Origin: Candidatus Yanofskybacteria bacterium RIFCSPLOWO2_01_FULL_42_49
GTDB lineage: Bacteria; Patescibacteriota; Minisyncoccia; 2-02-FULL-40-12; GWA2-44-9
Assembly: GCA_001795615.1 (NCBI GenBank)
Contig: MGKI01000002.1
Location: forward strand, 2,760-66,759
Length of the DNA: 64,000 nt
Direction of reading: 5' to 3'
Numbering within the stretch: position 1 is the first letter of the stretch; the number at the start of each line of letters is the position of its first letter. Shown here one piece after another: positions 39,388-50,871 of the stretch. The notes under the pieces were generated by a model. That model was not told the origin of the DNA and did no database searches. It saw only the letters and a program-made list of their open reading frames with translations. A program made the translations under genes and the position numbers.

Positions 39388-40695
39388 CTAACTGCTTCTT
39401 AAACGCTTCTTAACTTCCTCCACTATCTTCTCTAACGGTATGGTTTCCTGAATGCCAGTTTCCATTTCTCTCAATATTATCGTACCCTCCAGCGCCTCTT
39501 TCTGCCCGAAGATAAGAGCAAATCTCACTCCAAGCCGGTTAGCTATTCTTAATTGTGATTTAATACTGTCTCTGCCGATCGACGACTTGGCGTCTATGCC
39601 CGCTTTGCGGAAACTTTCGTAAAGGTTAATGCTTTTTCTTTTTGCCGCCTCGCCAAGCTGTACCAGAAATATTTTCGGCCGAGAAACTCCATCGTGGATA
39701 TTGGCATTTTTTTCTTTAAGAGCCAGAACTATTCTATCCACCCCCAGTGCCCATCCGGCAGCAGGAGTTTTAGACCCGCCCAGTATTTCTACGAGCCTAT
39801 CATAACGGCCGCCTGCAATAACTGATGATTGCGCCCCCCCCTGCCCTGAGCCAGTCGAAGGGTCTTCGTCAGGCATAAATTCAAAAACAGTCCTGGTGTA
39901 ATAATCCAACCCCCTTACAAGACGAGGGTTTAGAATATATGGCACCTTCACTTCATCCAAAAATTCTAAAACATGTTTAAAGTGAGCCCGGCAATCGTCA
40001 TCAAGAAAATCAACAATCTGAGGAGTCTCCTTGGCCGCTTCTATACATTCAGCTTCCTTGCAATCAAGCAGACGGAGAATATTTGTCTTCAGTCTGTTCT
40101 TGCAGTTGGAACACAATTTTTTTGTCCTATTTTTATAATATTCCTTGAGAGCCTTCAGGTATGCGGGACGGCAGCTGCTGTCTCCCAAACTGTTTATGTG
40201 CACACTGTAACCATCTAGTCCCAGCATATCCAATAATTTATAGCCGAGAAATATTAACTCCGCATCAACGGCCTCAGAGCTGTCGCCTATTGTTTCTACT
40301 CCCAACTGATAGAACTGTCTGTATCGGCCATGCTGAGGTTGGTCATGCCTAAACATAGGACCCCAATAAAAAAGCTTGACGGGATGGGGCCTGACATTCA
40401 TACCGTTTTCTATGTACGCCCTGACAACACCGGCTGTTCCTTCGGGACGCAAGGCTAAGACATCTCCGCCTTTTGTTTTGAGGGTATAAATTTCTTTCTC
40501 CGCTATGTCTGAGGTTTCCCCGACAGAACGCAAAAAAAGATCCATCGACTCAAGTAACGGAGTGTCGATCCTTTCAAACCCGTAATATTCTAAAAGCGAC
40601 TCTCCTTTTTTGAGTATGTGCCTGAAATATCTCTGATCCTCAGGGAGAGTATCGTGCATTCCCTTGGGAGATTGGATTTGTTTTGGCTTCGCCAC
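39388..40695 (-). CDS. hisS: Histidine--tRNA ligase
   Basis: LRPEGTA, GRYRQFYQ, LVRGLDYY, GGRYD. Confidence 0.97.
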   Translation of the reverse strand: MAKPKQIQSPKGMHDTLPEDQRYFRHILKKGESLLEYYGFERIDTPLLESMDLFLRSVGETSDIAEKEIYTLKTKGGDVLALRPEGTAGVVRAYIENGMNVRPHPVKLFYWGPMFRHDQPQHGRYRQFYQLGVETIGDSSEAVDAELIFLGYKLLDMLGLDGYSVHINSLGDSSCRPAYLKALKEYYKNRTKKLCSNCKNRLKTNILRLLDCKEAECIEAAKETPQIVDFLDDDCRAHFKHVLEFLDEVKVPYILNPRLVRGLDYYTRTVFEFMPDEDPSTGSGQGGAQSSVIAGGRYDRLVEILGGSKTPAAGWALGVDRIVLALKEKNANIHDGVSRPKIFLVQLGEAAKRKSINLYESFRKAGIDAKSSIGRDSIKSQLRIANRLGVRFALIFGQKEALEGTIILREMETGIQETIPLEKIVEEVKKRLRSS

Positions 40696-40790
40696 AATAT
40701 AAGCATGTAAGCTGGTAAGTATATTAAGCTGGTAAGTATTTGAAAGATTCGTTAGCTTACTGGCTTATTAGCTTACTGGCTTATTAGCTC

Positions 40791-41381
40791 TTAATAAACT
40801 GCTCCTTTTATTTTATCGAACTTCGTGAACGGCCACGCTCTTAAAAACGCTTTTCCTGTTATAAGTGATTTGTTTACCGGCCCCCAGCGCCTTGAATCAG
40901 AACTTGCCAAACGATTATCTCCTAAAACAAAATATTCGCTGCCGTCCAAACGAATAAGCATATTTCCAAGAGTTTCCTGTTCCGAGCTCAGATAGTCCTC
41001 TTGAAGTTCAAGCCCACCCGAGCTTTGGCTGTTGTAAATTATCACCTTGTTATTCTTCACCTCTATTGTTTCGCCCGGCAATCCGATTATTCTTTTAACG
41101 AAAAATTGACTTTGGTCTTCGGGATACCGGAATATTACTACATCGCCCCGGGACGGTTCAGAAAAACGATATGATATTTCGTCAACCAAAAGATAATCCC
41201 CGTCTTCAAAATTTGGCTCCATGGACGCGCCTTTTACAAAAAACGGCTGAACAAGATAGTACCTTATCGGAAGTATAATGGCAAGGGAAATAACTATTAC
41301 CTTTATCGTCTCCCAAACAAAGGCAAGAAGTTCGTTTCTTGATGCTTGTGGTGTATTATTTTGGATATTTTCCTCATTCAT
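40791..41381 (-). CDS. lepB: Signal peptidase I
   Basis: GASMEP, VKRIIGLPG, GDNRLASSDSR. Confidence 0.95.
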   Translation of the reverse strand: MNEENIQNNTPQASRNELLAFVWETIKVIVISLAIILPIRYYLVQPFFVKGASMEPNFEDGDYLLVDEISYRFSEPSRGDVVIFRYPEDQSQFFVKRIIGLPGETIEVKNNKVIIYNSQSSGGLELQEDYLSSEQETLGNMLIRLDGSEYFVLGDNRLASSDSRRWGPVNKSLITGKAFLRAWPFTKFDKIKGAVY

Positions 41382-41459
41382 CGCCTAATTTTACACCAAA
41401 TTTTGTCTCATTACAACTGGCGATTTTTATGAAAACAAATAAGGAGCGTTTGGCTCCTT

Positions 41460-42167
41460 TTATGATCGGGTCCTGACTTTCAAAAGCGGGCAAATGCCGC
41501 GCTTACCCGTCTTAACATACTCACGCACCAACATCACTCTCGGGTTTTCTGATTTGCCAACCTTATCTGCAACCCAAGCGGCTACCAAAAGTATAGCTAT
41601 TACCAACATTGCAACAAAAGAGATTAGTGTCCAATTCCAAGTCGTCTGCGGATATGACCATAACAGCCATGCGTACAAAGCCGGAAACACTACCAGATAC
41701 GGCTTGAGTTCCAATTTGCCGATTCGCGGAAATGATATCTGTTTCACCTCAACGGCAAATATATTCCCCTCTCGTTTCATAACCTCTATAGTCGGCCACG
41801 GATAATAGCCGAATAGAAACATAAAATGAGCATAAACAACCGTTTTGACAGTTTGCCACGCGCCGATAACCGTAAAAAGCAAAGGAGTCCAGAACACTCG
41901 CCAGAAATAGCCACAGAGACCTATCTGGTAGTATTCTAAATGGTTGACTTTGACGTAATCACAAGTGTGGGTCTGAAAGGTTTCGTGCATTTTCCATCCG
42001 TAACATTTCTTGCATGCCCGATAATGCAGCGAGTCAGAGTCAACAAGCAGTGACCCATCTTTGTCCTTTTCCAAACAAGCAAAAAGCAGAAATCCGACTG
42101 CGGCCAGAACGTATGCCCCGGCAAACAACCCTAGACAGTAAAGAACCGACCAACCGAAAGATGGCAT
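41460..42167 (-). CDS. Hypothetical membrane protein
   Basis: 235-aa ORF with several hydrophobic segments. Confidence 0.55.
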   Translation of the reverse strand: MPSFGWSVLYCLGLFAGAYVLAAVGFLLFACLEKDKDGSLLVDSDSLHYRACKKCYGWKMHETFQTHTCDYVKVNHLEYYQIGLCGYFWRVFWTPLLFTVIGAWQTVKTVVYAHFMFLFGYYPWPTIEVMKREGNIFAVEVKQISFPRIGKLELKPYLVVFPALYAWLLWSYPQTTWNWTLISFVAMLVIAILLVAAWVADKVGKSENPRVMLVREYVKTGKRGICPLLKVRTRS

Positions 42168-42260
42168 TTTGCCCCCTTTCCTTAAGGCCTAAGTAATGTA
42201 TCACATCCATAGTTAAAGTCAAGATTGGTTTTTTTGTGTGAGGCAGTATAATTTAATTCT

Positions 42261-42863
<603 letters not shown>

Positions 42864-42880
42864 TTGATCTAATCTCTAAA

Positions 42881-42917
42881 TAACCAAAAAATCCGCCTTA
42901 AGCGGATTTTTTGGTTT
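42881..42917. terminator. Bidirectional hairpin after pth
   Basis: AACCAAAAAATCCGC-CTTAA-GCGGATTTTTTGGTT. Confidence 0.6.
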
Positions 42918-43097
42918 GAATAACTATCCAAACATGAATATTATAACGCCGCTGGCTTGACCAAGATTGAGGCAAAAGCGAGTATTGCGACGAACCATAT
43001 TGTAATATGGTGAGGAGCAAACGGAGCTTTTAACGAAAATATTGGTCAAGAGCGTACTCCGATGTTTCCGGTCGGAGAGCGGCCAGCAAGTTATAAA

Positions 43098-43781
43098 CTA
43101 ATCCTCGATTCTTCTTCGTAATTTCCCGATCATCTCGTCTGCGTGCTTAACTCCGCCGAGGCCGAAGGCAAGACCAAAGGCCAATGCGGCAGCGGCGACA
43201 AAACCGACAACAACTATTCTGATAATGTCATCGGCAACTCTCAACTGAGCCAAAGACACAAGCAGGGTAAATACAAAAACCGCCCACCTGGTTAAAGCTC
43301 CGAGGAAATTGGCGGAAACCAATCCGGCTGCTTTAACCGATGCTCTTACTAATCCCTCCAAGAATTTTGCGACTAAAATACCAATTAATAATATGATAAC
43401 CGCAACCATTACATTGGGAAGATAGGATACGACGGTTCTCAAAAATTCCGTTACCTGATCAAGGCGAAGGATATTGGTAGCTGCCATTAAAAAGACAACT
43501 ATGAAGAACCACTTAACCAGCTCATAAAAAAACTTAGGCGTATCCAATCTGAAACCGCCCTTTTCCCACGCTTGCCTAAAACCGACTTTGGTCAAAGCGC
43601 TGTCAACGCGAAGCATTCTTACAACATGCCACGCAACTCTGCCCAAAAGCGCGGCTATCAGCCAGCCTACTAGAAAAACAACTACCGCCGCAACCAAACG
43701 GGGTACAAACCCGGCTACGCCGGTCCAGAGAGTTAATAATGATTCTCTTACAATATCCGATGCTGCTACTACTTGAAACAT
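43098..43781 (-). CDS. TM-helix repeat / small mechanosensitive-channel-like membrane protein
   Basis: FVPRLVAA, YLPNV, LAFGLAFGLGG. Confidence 0.75.
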   Translation of the reverse strand: MFQVVAASDIVRESLLTLWTGVAGFVPRLVAAVVVFLVGWLIAALLGRVAWHVVRMLRVDSALTKVGFRQAWEKGGFRLDTPKFFYELVKWFFIVVFLMAATNILRLDQVTEFLRTVVSYLPNVMVAVIILLIGILVAKFLEGLVRASVKAAGLVSANFLGALTRWAVFVFTLLVSLAQLRVADDIIRIVVVGFVAAAALAFGLAFGLGGVKHADEMIGKLRRRIED

Positions 43782-43987
43782 ACGCGCACCTCCTTCCTTC
43801 GCCCGCCGAAGCCTTGGCGAAGGCGGGGCTTAATCTCAATTATATTCACCCGTAAATTCTAACATTTTGAGCAAATTAGCCCTAGGTATAATGTGGATAA
43901 CCCCTCACCTTTTGAGCAACAGTGGCAAAACCGCTTTACTGATAATTGCTCAAAAGGTGAGGGGTGGACAACAAAAACCGAAAAATT

Positions 43988-45970
43988 CTAGACCAAAAAC
44001 CTCGCAATCAGCAAAGCCACGATATTGGCTACTTTGATCATAGGGTTAATGGCCGGGCCAGCTGTATCCTTATAAGGATCCCCTACCGTATCGCCTGTAA
44101 CCGCTGCTTTGTGAGCATCGGAGCCCTTGCCGCCGTATTGGCCTTCTTCAATAAACTTTTTTGCATTATCCCAAGCCGCTCCGCCGGAGGTCATTGAAAT
44201 AGCGACGAAAAGACCTGTAACTATCACGCCGACCAAAAGCCCTCCCAGTGCTTCCGGCCCAAGGATAAATCCAACCACTATCGGAAAAGCGATTGGAATT
44301 ATTGCCGGCACTATCATTTCTTTCAAAGCCGCTTGGGTAACGATATCAACCGCTTTGGCGTAATCGGGTTTTTGAGTACCTTGCATAATTCCCGGCATTT
44401 CCCGAAATTGTCGGCGAACTTCATCAACTATCGCTCCCCCGGCTCTTCCTACCGCTTGCATCGCCAGCGAACCGAAAAGATAAGGCATCATGCCGCCGAT
44501 AAGCAACCCCAGCAAAACTCTGACATCAGATAATTCAAATAATACGTTATACCCGAGATCGTAAAGTTCCTGGTTATAAGCGGCAAAAAGCACGAGTGCC
44601 GCAAGACCAGCCGAAGCAATAGCGTAACCCTTGGTAACAGCTTTAGTTGTATTGCCTACCGCGTCCAAGGGATCAGTGACATCTCTGACTGAATCAGGCA
44701 GTCCAGCCATTTCCGCAATACCGCCGGCGTTGTCAGTTATCGGGCCAAAGGCATCGATTGCGACAATAATCCCCGTAAGCGAGAGCATGCTCATTGTCGC
44801 AAGCGCTACGCCGTAAAGTCCGCCGAAAATATATGAAACCAGTATCCCCCCACCTATTATTAAAACCGGCCAGGCGGTTGACTGCATAGAAACGGCCAAC
44901 CCGGTGATAATGTTCGTGCCGTGCCCAGTAGTTGATGCTTTGGCGATGGACTGTACAGGTTTAAATTTCTTTGAAGTGTAGTATTCGGTAACTAAAACCA
45001 TAAGAGCAGTTACGACGATACCAACCACTAAAGCGCCAAATACATTCAAATTTCCTAAGTCAATAATATTTGTTCTTTTTACAACCCAGTAAAACATCCC
45101 GAGAAGCATTACAGTGGTAACAGCAAGACCCTTATACAAAGCCAGCATAATTCCACCGCCGGATAGACGAACAAATAAAGACCCGACAATAGATGCCACA
45201 ACCGCAAAAGAACCCACGAGCAACGGGAACTCAACCACATTTTTCAGTCCGCCGAACATCAGGTCGCCTAAAAGCATTACAGATAAAGCTGACACAACAT
45301 ATGTTTCAAACAAATCGGCGGCCATGCCGGCATCATCACCGACATTGTCCCCCACATTATCAGCTATAACCGCCGGGTTTCTTGGATCATCTTCCGGAAT
45401 TCCGGCCTCAACTTTCCCGACAAGATCCGCCCCCACATCAGCGCCTTTAGTAAAAATGCCCCCACCGAGACGAGCAAAAATAGATATCAAAGATGCTCCA
45501 AACCCTAAACCAATGAGAGACTTAACATCCTGGGTCCACCAATAAAACAGAGTCAGCGATAAAAGCGCCAAGCCAACCACAAAGAACCCCGTTACCGCTC
45601 CGCCCTTGAATGCCAGTCCGAAAGCACGCGCCAAACCATGTTTAGCTTCTTCGGTAACTCGGACATTGGCTCTCACGGCGACCATCATGCCGATATATCC
45701 GGCAAAGGCCGAGGCAACTGCTCCGACGACAAAACCTGCGGCAAGCGAAGTGCCCAGCCAATACCAAAGAACCAACACCGCCGCCAGCCCCACCCAAAAC
45801 ACAGTCTTATTCTGCCGGGCAAGATACGCAGAAGCGCCCTCTTGTATCGCTTTCTGAATCTCCCGCATTTTCTCATCGCCGGTTGGCTTTTTCAGCACCT
45901 GCCAAATTAAAAACGCCCCGTATCCGAGCGACGCAATCGACGCCAATAACGAAAATAGTAATATATTCAT
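43988..45970 (-). CDS. hppA: Membrane-integral pyrophosphatase, predicted K+-independent H+-PPase
   Basis: [32 protein letters not shown] (Lys at the K+-dependence position). Confidence 0.93.
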   Translation of the reverse strand: MNILLFSLLASIASLGYGAFLIWQVLKKPTGDEKMREIQKAIQEGASAYLARQNKTVFWVGLAAVLVLWYWLGTSLAAGFVVGAVASAFAGYIGMMVAVRANVRVTEEAKHGLARAFGLAFKGGAVTGFFVVGLALLSLTLFYWWTQDVKSLIGLGFGASLISIFARLGGGIFTKGADVGADLVGKVEAGIPEDDPRNPAVIADNVGDNVGDDAGMAADLFETYVVSALSVMLLGDLMFGGLKNVVEFPLLVGSFAVVASIVGSLFVRLSGGGIMLALYKGLAVTTVMLLGMFYWVVKRTNIIDLGNLNVFGALVVGIVVTALMVLVTEYYTSKKFKPVQSIAKASTTGHGTNIITGLAVSMQSTAWPVLIIGGGILVSYIFGGLYGVALATMSMLSLTGIIVAIDAFGPITDNAGGIAEMAGLPDSVRDVTDPLDAVGNTTKAVTKGYAIASAGLAALVLFAAYNQELYDLGYNVLFELSDVRVLLGLLIGGMMPYLFGSLAMQAVGRAGGAIVDEVRRQFREMPGIMQGTQKPDYAKAVDIVTQAALKEMIVPAIIPIAFPIVVGFILGPEALGGLLVGVIVTGLFVAISMTSGGAAWDNAKKFIEEGQYGGKGSDAHKAAVTGDTVGDPYKDTAGPAINPMIKVANIVALLIARFLV

Positions 45971-46038
45971 GGTAGATATGTTACAAAAAAATTACTCAAA
46001 ATTCAAGATCAACTTTTTTATAATCAGTTATCAGATTA

Positions 46039-46302
46039 TCAATTGCTGCGATATTTTAAAATTAGAATTACCAAAAATAACCAGAGGGCGGATTGGGTGG
46101 AGTAATTAATTATAAAAAGAATGTCGCCGATATTGATTGATCTGACAAGCATCAAAAGATCCCCCATAAACACAAGAAACACCATTAGAAAACTAATATC
46201 CTTGGCTGTTTTGTTTTTTAAAAGTTTTCCAATTTGCGGCACAGACGAAACAATAAAAACAAAAATTGCCACCAAAGAAAGAACATCTATAAAATTATAC
46301 AT
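46039..46302 (-). CDS. PQ-loop / SemiSWEET-like transporter
   Basis: VPQIGK..K.AKDIS; three TM segments. Confidence 0.7.
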   Translation of the reverse strand: MYNFIDVLSLVAIFVFIVSSVPQIGKLLKNKTAKDISFLMVFLVFMGDLLMLVRSINIGDILFIINYSTQSALWLFLVILILKYRSN

Positions 46303-46309
46303 ATCATAA

Positions 46310-47341
46310 TTACACTTTCGGCGCTTCTATTTCTTCCGGTTTCTCCTCTGTCTCCCCTATCTTAATCACCTTACTTACCCGTTCCGTCATTAACCCTAAT
46401 CGTTTCTCCGAATCCTCATAAGCCGATGTGGCGTTGGAAAGGTGGCTGCCAAGCTTGCGGAAAGTATCCGCCAGCTTAGCGCTATCAGCAACTATTCCCT
46501 CCAACTTCTTGATTATGGATTGGGTCTTTTGGTTTATGTGGACATCGCGATACCAGTGCTGAATGGCGGAAACGGACAAGGCAAAAGTATTCGGCGAAAC
46601 AAGAATTACTTTTTTCTTCCTGGCATAATCGGCGACATCTACATCTTTCATGTTGTTGATCATCTCATAATAAACCGTCTCCGCCGGCACGAACATCAGC
46701 GCAAAATCGGTTGTACCTTCTGCCGGAAGAATGTATTTAGAACTTATCTCGTCAATTTTCTTTTTTACATCAGAATAAAAAAGTTTGCGGTAGCCGTCTT
46801 TGTGGATATCGTTATCGGCATTAACCAGTTTCTGAAAATTATCCCAATTAAACTTTGAGTCAATCGGAAGCAAAATATCGTTCGGCAAACGCAAGGCCGC
46901 ATCCACCGCCTCGCCGGAGCTGAAATAATGCTGAATTAAATATCTGTCTTTAGGAAAGTACTGAGCCAGAGATGCCTCAAGAGACATTTCCCCCCACTGT
47001 CCACGAAGTTTAGGGTTTCTAAATAAATCCTGAAAAGAAACGACACTCTTTACTGAATCGTGCATGCCCTTCAAGCCTTCGTGGAGTTGGGTCATTCCTT
47101 GGGTAAAATTCTGGACTTGCTGATGAACCGTGAGAGTCGCTCGTTCCGATGCTTGGCGAGATTTCTCGAGCTGGTCATTTATCGCCTGGGACAAAGAATC
47201 CATGCGCTGGTGAAGAACCATGTAATTCGCGTCCGGCCCCTCTTTTCTTCTTGACTTTATAACCAAATACAAATTAATCCCCAGCATTATAAGGATAGAG
47301 ATAGAAACGGCTGCGATTAGTACGGTAATGGGACTTATCAT
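46310..47341 (-). CDS. rmuC: RmuC family protein
   Basis: RGQWGE, PIDSKF, TTDFALMFVPAE, VSPNT. Confidence 0.9.
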   Translation of the reverse strand: MISPITVLIAAVSISILIMLGINLYLVIKSRRKEGPDANYMVLHQRMDSLSQAINDQLEKSRQASERATLTVHQQVQNFTQGMTQLHEGLKGMHDSVKSVVSFQDLFRNPKLRGQWGEMSLEASLAQYFPKDRYLIQHYFSSGEAVDAALRLPNDILLPIDSKFNWDNFQKLVNADNDIHKDGYRKLFYSDVKKKIDEISSKYILPAEGTTDFALMFVPAETVYYEMINNMKDVDVADYARKKKVILVSPNTFALSVSAIQHWYRDVHINQKTQSIIKKLEGIVADSAKLADTFRKLGSHLSNATSAYEDSEKRLGLMTERVSKVIKIGETEEKPEEIEAPKV

Positions 47342-47466
47342 GATTATGATTATAATATAGTTGTTAAGACGGTTTTTGGCAACCAATAAATTAAAATTTT
47401 TTTATTTGACTAAACATAAAAATATTGGTATCTTCTTGCCAATTCTTTAACAAACAAAAGGGCTCA

Positions 47467-47814
47467 GTGCCATACATAGAAAAAAATGACAGAGCCACAC
47501 TTGATCCATACATTGACCGGCTAAGCGATGTTATTACCGAACAAGCCAACCAAGACAAGACTTTCAAGGGCCTCTTAAAATTTGCCGGCTTTTTAAACTA
47601 TGTCTTCACCAGAATTACTTTAAAAGTTCTAAAATCGCTCTTTGGAAAGTTCAGCTATTGGATGTTTGCTCTGATAATCGGAGTCCTTATTACAATGGTC
47701 TTTGAAATGTATAGAAGAGTTATTGCGCCATATGAAGATAAGAAAATAAAAGAGAACGGCGATGTTGATGTTTTTGAAGAATTTTCTGGTAAGAAAGAGG
47801 GCTGGGATGCCTAA
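47467..47814 (+). CDS. Conserved hypothetical protein (DUF6899-like)
   Basis: MPYI...R, GFLNY, EMYRR..APYEDKKIKENGDV. Confidence 0.6.
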   Translation: MPYIEKNDRATLDPYIDRLSDVITEQANQDKTFKGLLKFAGFLNYVFTRITLKVLKSLFGKFSYWMFALIIGVLITMVFEMYRRVIAPYEDKKIKENGDVDVFEEFSGKKEGWDA

Positions 47815-48763
47815 GAGCAAAGCCAAAAGTTCCCAGCTTATTATTTTTGAAGACGGCACTCTATATCACATAGACTTAAGACGGTCCGACAACATGCCTC
47901 ACAATGTTCTTCTGGTCGGAGCCTCTGATAGGGTTGACTTGATATCGTCCCATTTCGATATGATCACATTTGAAAACCGAAACAAAGCACGACCCGAATT
48001 CCATACAATTGTTGGAATATACAAAGACCTGCCAGTGGCGGCAATGTCCATCGGTATCGGAATGGGCCCGATAGATATTGCAGTTAATGAACTGCATGCT
48101 TTGTTTGAATACGATCACAAAATGGATTCATGGACATTCAGAAAAAAACCCAGAATAAACATCATTAGGGTCGGCACTTGCGGCACTTCCCTGCCGGAAG
48201 TTTCTGCCGGTGCACTCGCCATTTCATCCCACGGTATCGGGCTAGACAATTTGGGCGCATATTACCCCATACCCGTCCGGGAACGAGACCCGCTGACGAT
48301 AAAAATAGAACAAAATTTCTTGAGAACCAAGATAGGCACAATCAATCCTCTTGCCTATTGCTCTCCAGCCAGTCCAACAACAGTCTGGGCACTGAGAAAA
48401 TCAGCTGAAGCGTTAGGAGAAGGTCACAATGTTGTTAGGGGGATAACCACTGCGTCTCCCGGATTCTTCGGTCCGGAAGGGCGCCAAATCGGTAGACTTA
48501 AGACTGCCTTTAGCTCTGGAGATTTCAGAAAAATAATTCAGTCGTTCAACGTTAATGGACTAAAAATAATAAACCATGAAATGGAAACGGGTATTCTTTT
48601 CCGCCTCGGTCATGAACATCTCAGTTATAATGTCGGCGCCATTTGTCTTGTAATAGATAATCTAGCCACCGACGAAGTTATCACCGGTGATGAGGCCAAG
48701 GAAAAAATGAATGTCTGTATTAAAGTAGCTCTTAATTCTTTAGTTGCTTTTTCAAACAAATAA
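47807..48763 (+). CDS. Uridine/nucleoside phosphorylase family
   Basis: LYHI, GIGMGPID, RVGTCG, GFFGPEGR, EMET. Confidence 0.85.
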   Translation: MPKSKAKSSQLIIFEDGTLYHIDLRRSDNMPHNVLLVGASDRVDLISSHFDMITFENRNKARPEFHTIVGIYKDLPVAAMSIGIGMGPIDIAVNELHALFEYDHKMDSWTFRKKPRINIIRVGTCGTSLPEVSAGALAISSHGIGLDNLGAYYPIPVRERDPLTIKIEQNFLRTKIGTINPLAYCSPASPTTVWALRKSAEALGEGHNVVRGITTASPGFFGPEGRQIGRLKTAFSSGDFRKIIQSFNVNGLKIINHEMETGILFRLGHEHLSYNVGAICLVIDNLATDEVITGDEAKEKMNVCIKVALNSLVAFSNK

Positions 48764-48789
48764 CCGCCTCGGAGGCGGTTATTATATTT

Positions 48790-48865
48790 TGGTGGACCGT
48801 AGGAGACTCGAACTCCTGACCTCCTCATTGCAAATGAGGCGCTCTACCAACTGAGCTAACGGCCC
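48790..48865 (-). tRNA. tRNA-Ala(TGC)
   Basis: GGGCCGTTAGCTCAGTTGGTAGAGC...CCTCA-TTTGCAA-TGAGG...TTCGA...CCA; G3:U70 pair. Confidence 0.96.
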
Positions 48866-49041
48866 AATATTTTGAAATCTCTAATTTCAAAATATCAAAA
48901 TCTTTAAAAAATTATATTTGGAATTCCTGCCTGCTGGTAGGCAGGTGTTTAGATATTAGAAATTATAAATTCCAGACAACTGGCTTGGCAGTTATCTGGT
49001 ATTATGTTATATTTTACCATAAGATCTTTGTGTTTTAAAGG

Positions 49042-49389
49042 ATGCAGACAATGAATATCACGGTTACAGATAAAGCCGCTGATAAAATAAAGAAACTGCT
49101 GGCCGAAGAAAATAAAAAGTTTTTGAGAGTCTTTGTTCAAGGCGGAGGATGTTCTGGATTTCAGTATGGACTAGCTTTAGCAGGTGACAAAAATGAAGAA
49201 CATGACAAACGGAAAGACGAGGTACCGACCGAAGCAAATGGAGTTATGATACTGGTAGATCCGATCAGTTCTAGATATTTAGACGGCTCAACCATAGACT
49301 TCGTTGATAATCTGGTAGGCGGCGGATTTACAGTTAAGAATCCCAACGCCAAGTCAACCTGCGGCTGCGGACAGTCGTTTGATGCATAA
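49042..49389 (+). CDS. A-type Fe-S carrier (HesB/IscA/ErpA)
   Basis: GGGCSGFQY, NPNAKSTCGCGQSF. Confidence 0.93.
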   Translation: MQTMNITVTDKAADKIKKLLAEENKKFLRVFVQGGGCSGFQYGLALAGDKNEEHDKRKDEVPTEANGVMILVDPISSRYLDGSTIDFVDNLVGGGFTVKNPNAKSTCGCGQSFDA

Positions 49390-49412
49390 TAAATCCCGGA
49401 TATCCGGGATTT

Positions 49413-50090
49413 TTAAATTTCTGGCCAATCAATAAGGCCTAAATTCTTAAACATTACGATTAAATTATTCCTCTCTCTGGCAACCGCACTCATGTTAACT
49501 CGTAAAAATTCGTCCCTAACATTATAATGATATCCTAAACCGCCCAGCTTTCTAAAAGCCTCCGCGTTGGGCAGGTGATCGTCCACTAGCAGACAATTTT
49601 CCGCTTTTAGCCCAAGAATCTCCATGGGTCGAATAAAAATTTCCGGGTCGTCGGGCTTTCTCATGTGCATTTCATAAGAAATCGCCTCAAAGTCAAATCC
49701 ACACATTACTTCTGGATATCTTTGCCTCATTGTTTCCACATGAACCGGATTATTATTTGTAACCAGAACTAACTTTACGCCCTGCTCCTTCAGTTTTATT
49801 TTCAGCTCAAGTATAACCGGATCGGGAATCATTACTTCGTTACCGGTAAATACATCGATAAATTCCGCAAAAGACATGTCGAGTTCAAGGATGCGCTGCA
49901 CTCTATCAAAGAATTCTCTGCTATTTATATCGCCAAGCTCAAAATCAACAAAAGCACTTCTATATTTGCCGACCAAAATTTCATGGACTGGAATTTTGCT
50001 TCTTTTTCTCTTTTCAAGATCACGGTAGAATATCGAGGTATTATAGAGCAAAAGCACATTGCCGCAATCAAAGAACACAGCTTCTACCAT
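49413..50090 (-). CDS. HAD-family phosphatase
   Basis: VFFDCGNVL, TNN, RKPD, LVDD. Confidence 0.85.
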   Translation of the reverse strand: MVEAVFFDCGNVLLLYNTSIFYRDLEKRKRSKIPVHEILVGKYRSAFVDFELGDINSREFFDRVQRILELDMSFAEFIDVFTGNEVMIPDPVILELKIKLKEQGVKLVLVTNNNPVHVETMRQRYPEVMCGFDFEAISYEMHMRKPDDPEIFIRPMEILGLKAENCLLVDDHLPNAEAFRKLGGLGYHYNVRDEFLRVNMSAVARERNNLIVMFKNLGLIDWPEI

Positions 50091-50394
50091 TTTCAACCTA
50101 CAATTACAAAGAACTATGCCCAACATAGTGCCAGAACTTACGGAAATGCGCAATGCGCGCGTACGAAGAGGTTTATAACCTTAAACTACCGGCGCTCCTT
50201 CCCAAATTTTTGTTCTTTGCTCTTTTTCCTTTTTTCTAAATCTCCGTACGCTGTTTCGACGGCTTTATTGGCGCGTTTCCATTCTTCGCTGTCTTTTCCA
50301 TAAACATCTTCGGCAATACTCATTGCAGAACCTTCGTTGGCGGCGCTTTGCGCCGCCAACGAAAAAGTCGGTCAATTTTCTGAAAGTCAGATTT

Positions 50395-50504
50395 TGGTGG
50401 GTGCGGTAGGAATCGGACCTACGACCTTCCACTTATCAGACGGATGCTCTACCAAGCCGACGTTACAGTCGGCTCCCCGACCGAAGCGTCGGGGCTGAAC
50501 TACG
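50395..50504 (-). pseudogene. 5'-truncated tRNA-Ile(GAT) with 39-nt double-hairpin insertion in the D-loop
   Basis: Anticodon arm, T arm and CCA present; first 5 nt of acceptor strand missing here. Confidence 0.7.
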
Positions 50505-50512
50505 TTATTTTG

Positions 50513-50584
50513 TGGGCGTGCTAGGAATCGGACCTAGGACCTCCTTTTTATCAGAAAGGCGTTCTACCACTGAACTACACGCCC
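50513..50584 (-). tRNA. tRNA-Ile(GAT), no encoded CCA
   Basis: GGGCGTG/CACGCCC acceptor, CCTTT-CTGATAA-AAAGG anticodon arm. Confidence 0.8.
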
Positions 50585-50598
50585 ACAAAATAACCTAA

Positions 50599-50862
50599 TT
50601 ATGGTTTTATTTTTATAAAACCATCTCTGACTATTTTTTCAATAAAATCTCTCCGCTTAAGTTTTTTAAGTTTTAATTCAACCTCTCTCGCTTCTTTTAT
50701 GTTCATATATTCTTGAATTAAAACTGGCTCAGGATTTATCATCCTTTTAGTCGTATAAGTCCCCCCGTATTTATGGTGAGCTAACCTTCTTATTATGTTA
50801 TTGGTACTGCCAATATAATACTTGTGACCATTGTCTTTCAAAAAATACACATATCCTTTCAT
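50599..50862 (-). CDS. Small GIY-YIG nuclease
   Basis: YVYFL..YYIGST...RRL..H...AREVE..LK. Confidence 0.9.
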   Translation of the reverse strand: MKGYVYFLKDNGHKYYIGSTNNIIRRLAHHKYGGTYTTKRMINPEPVLIQEYMNIKEAREVELKLKKLKRRDFIEKIVRDGFIKIKP

Positions 50863-50871
50863 GGTGTTATT

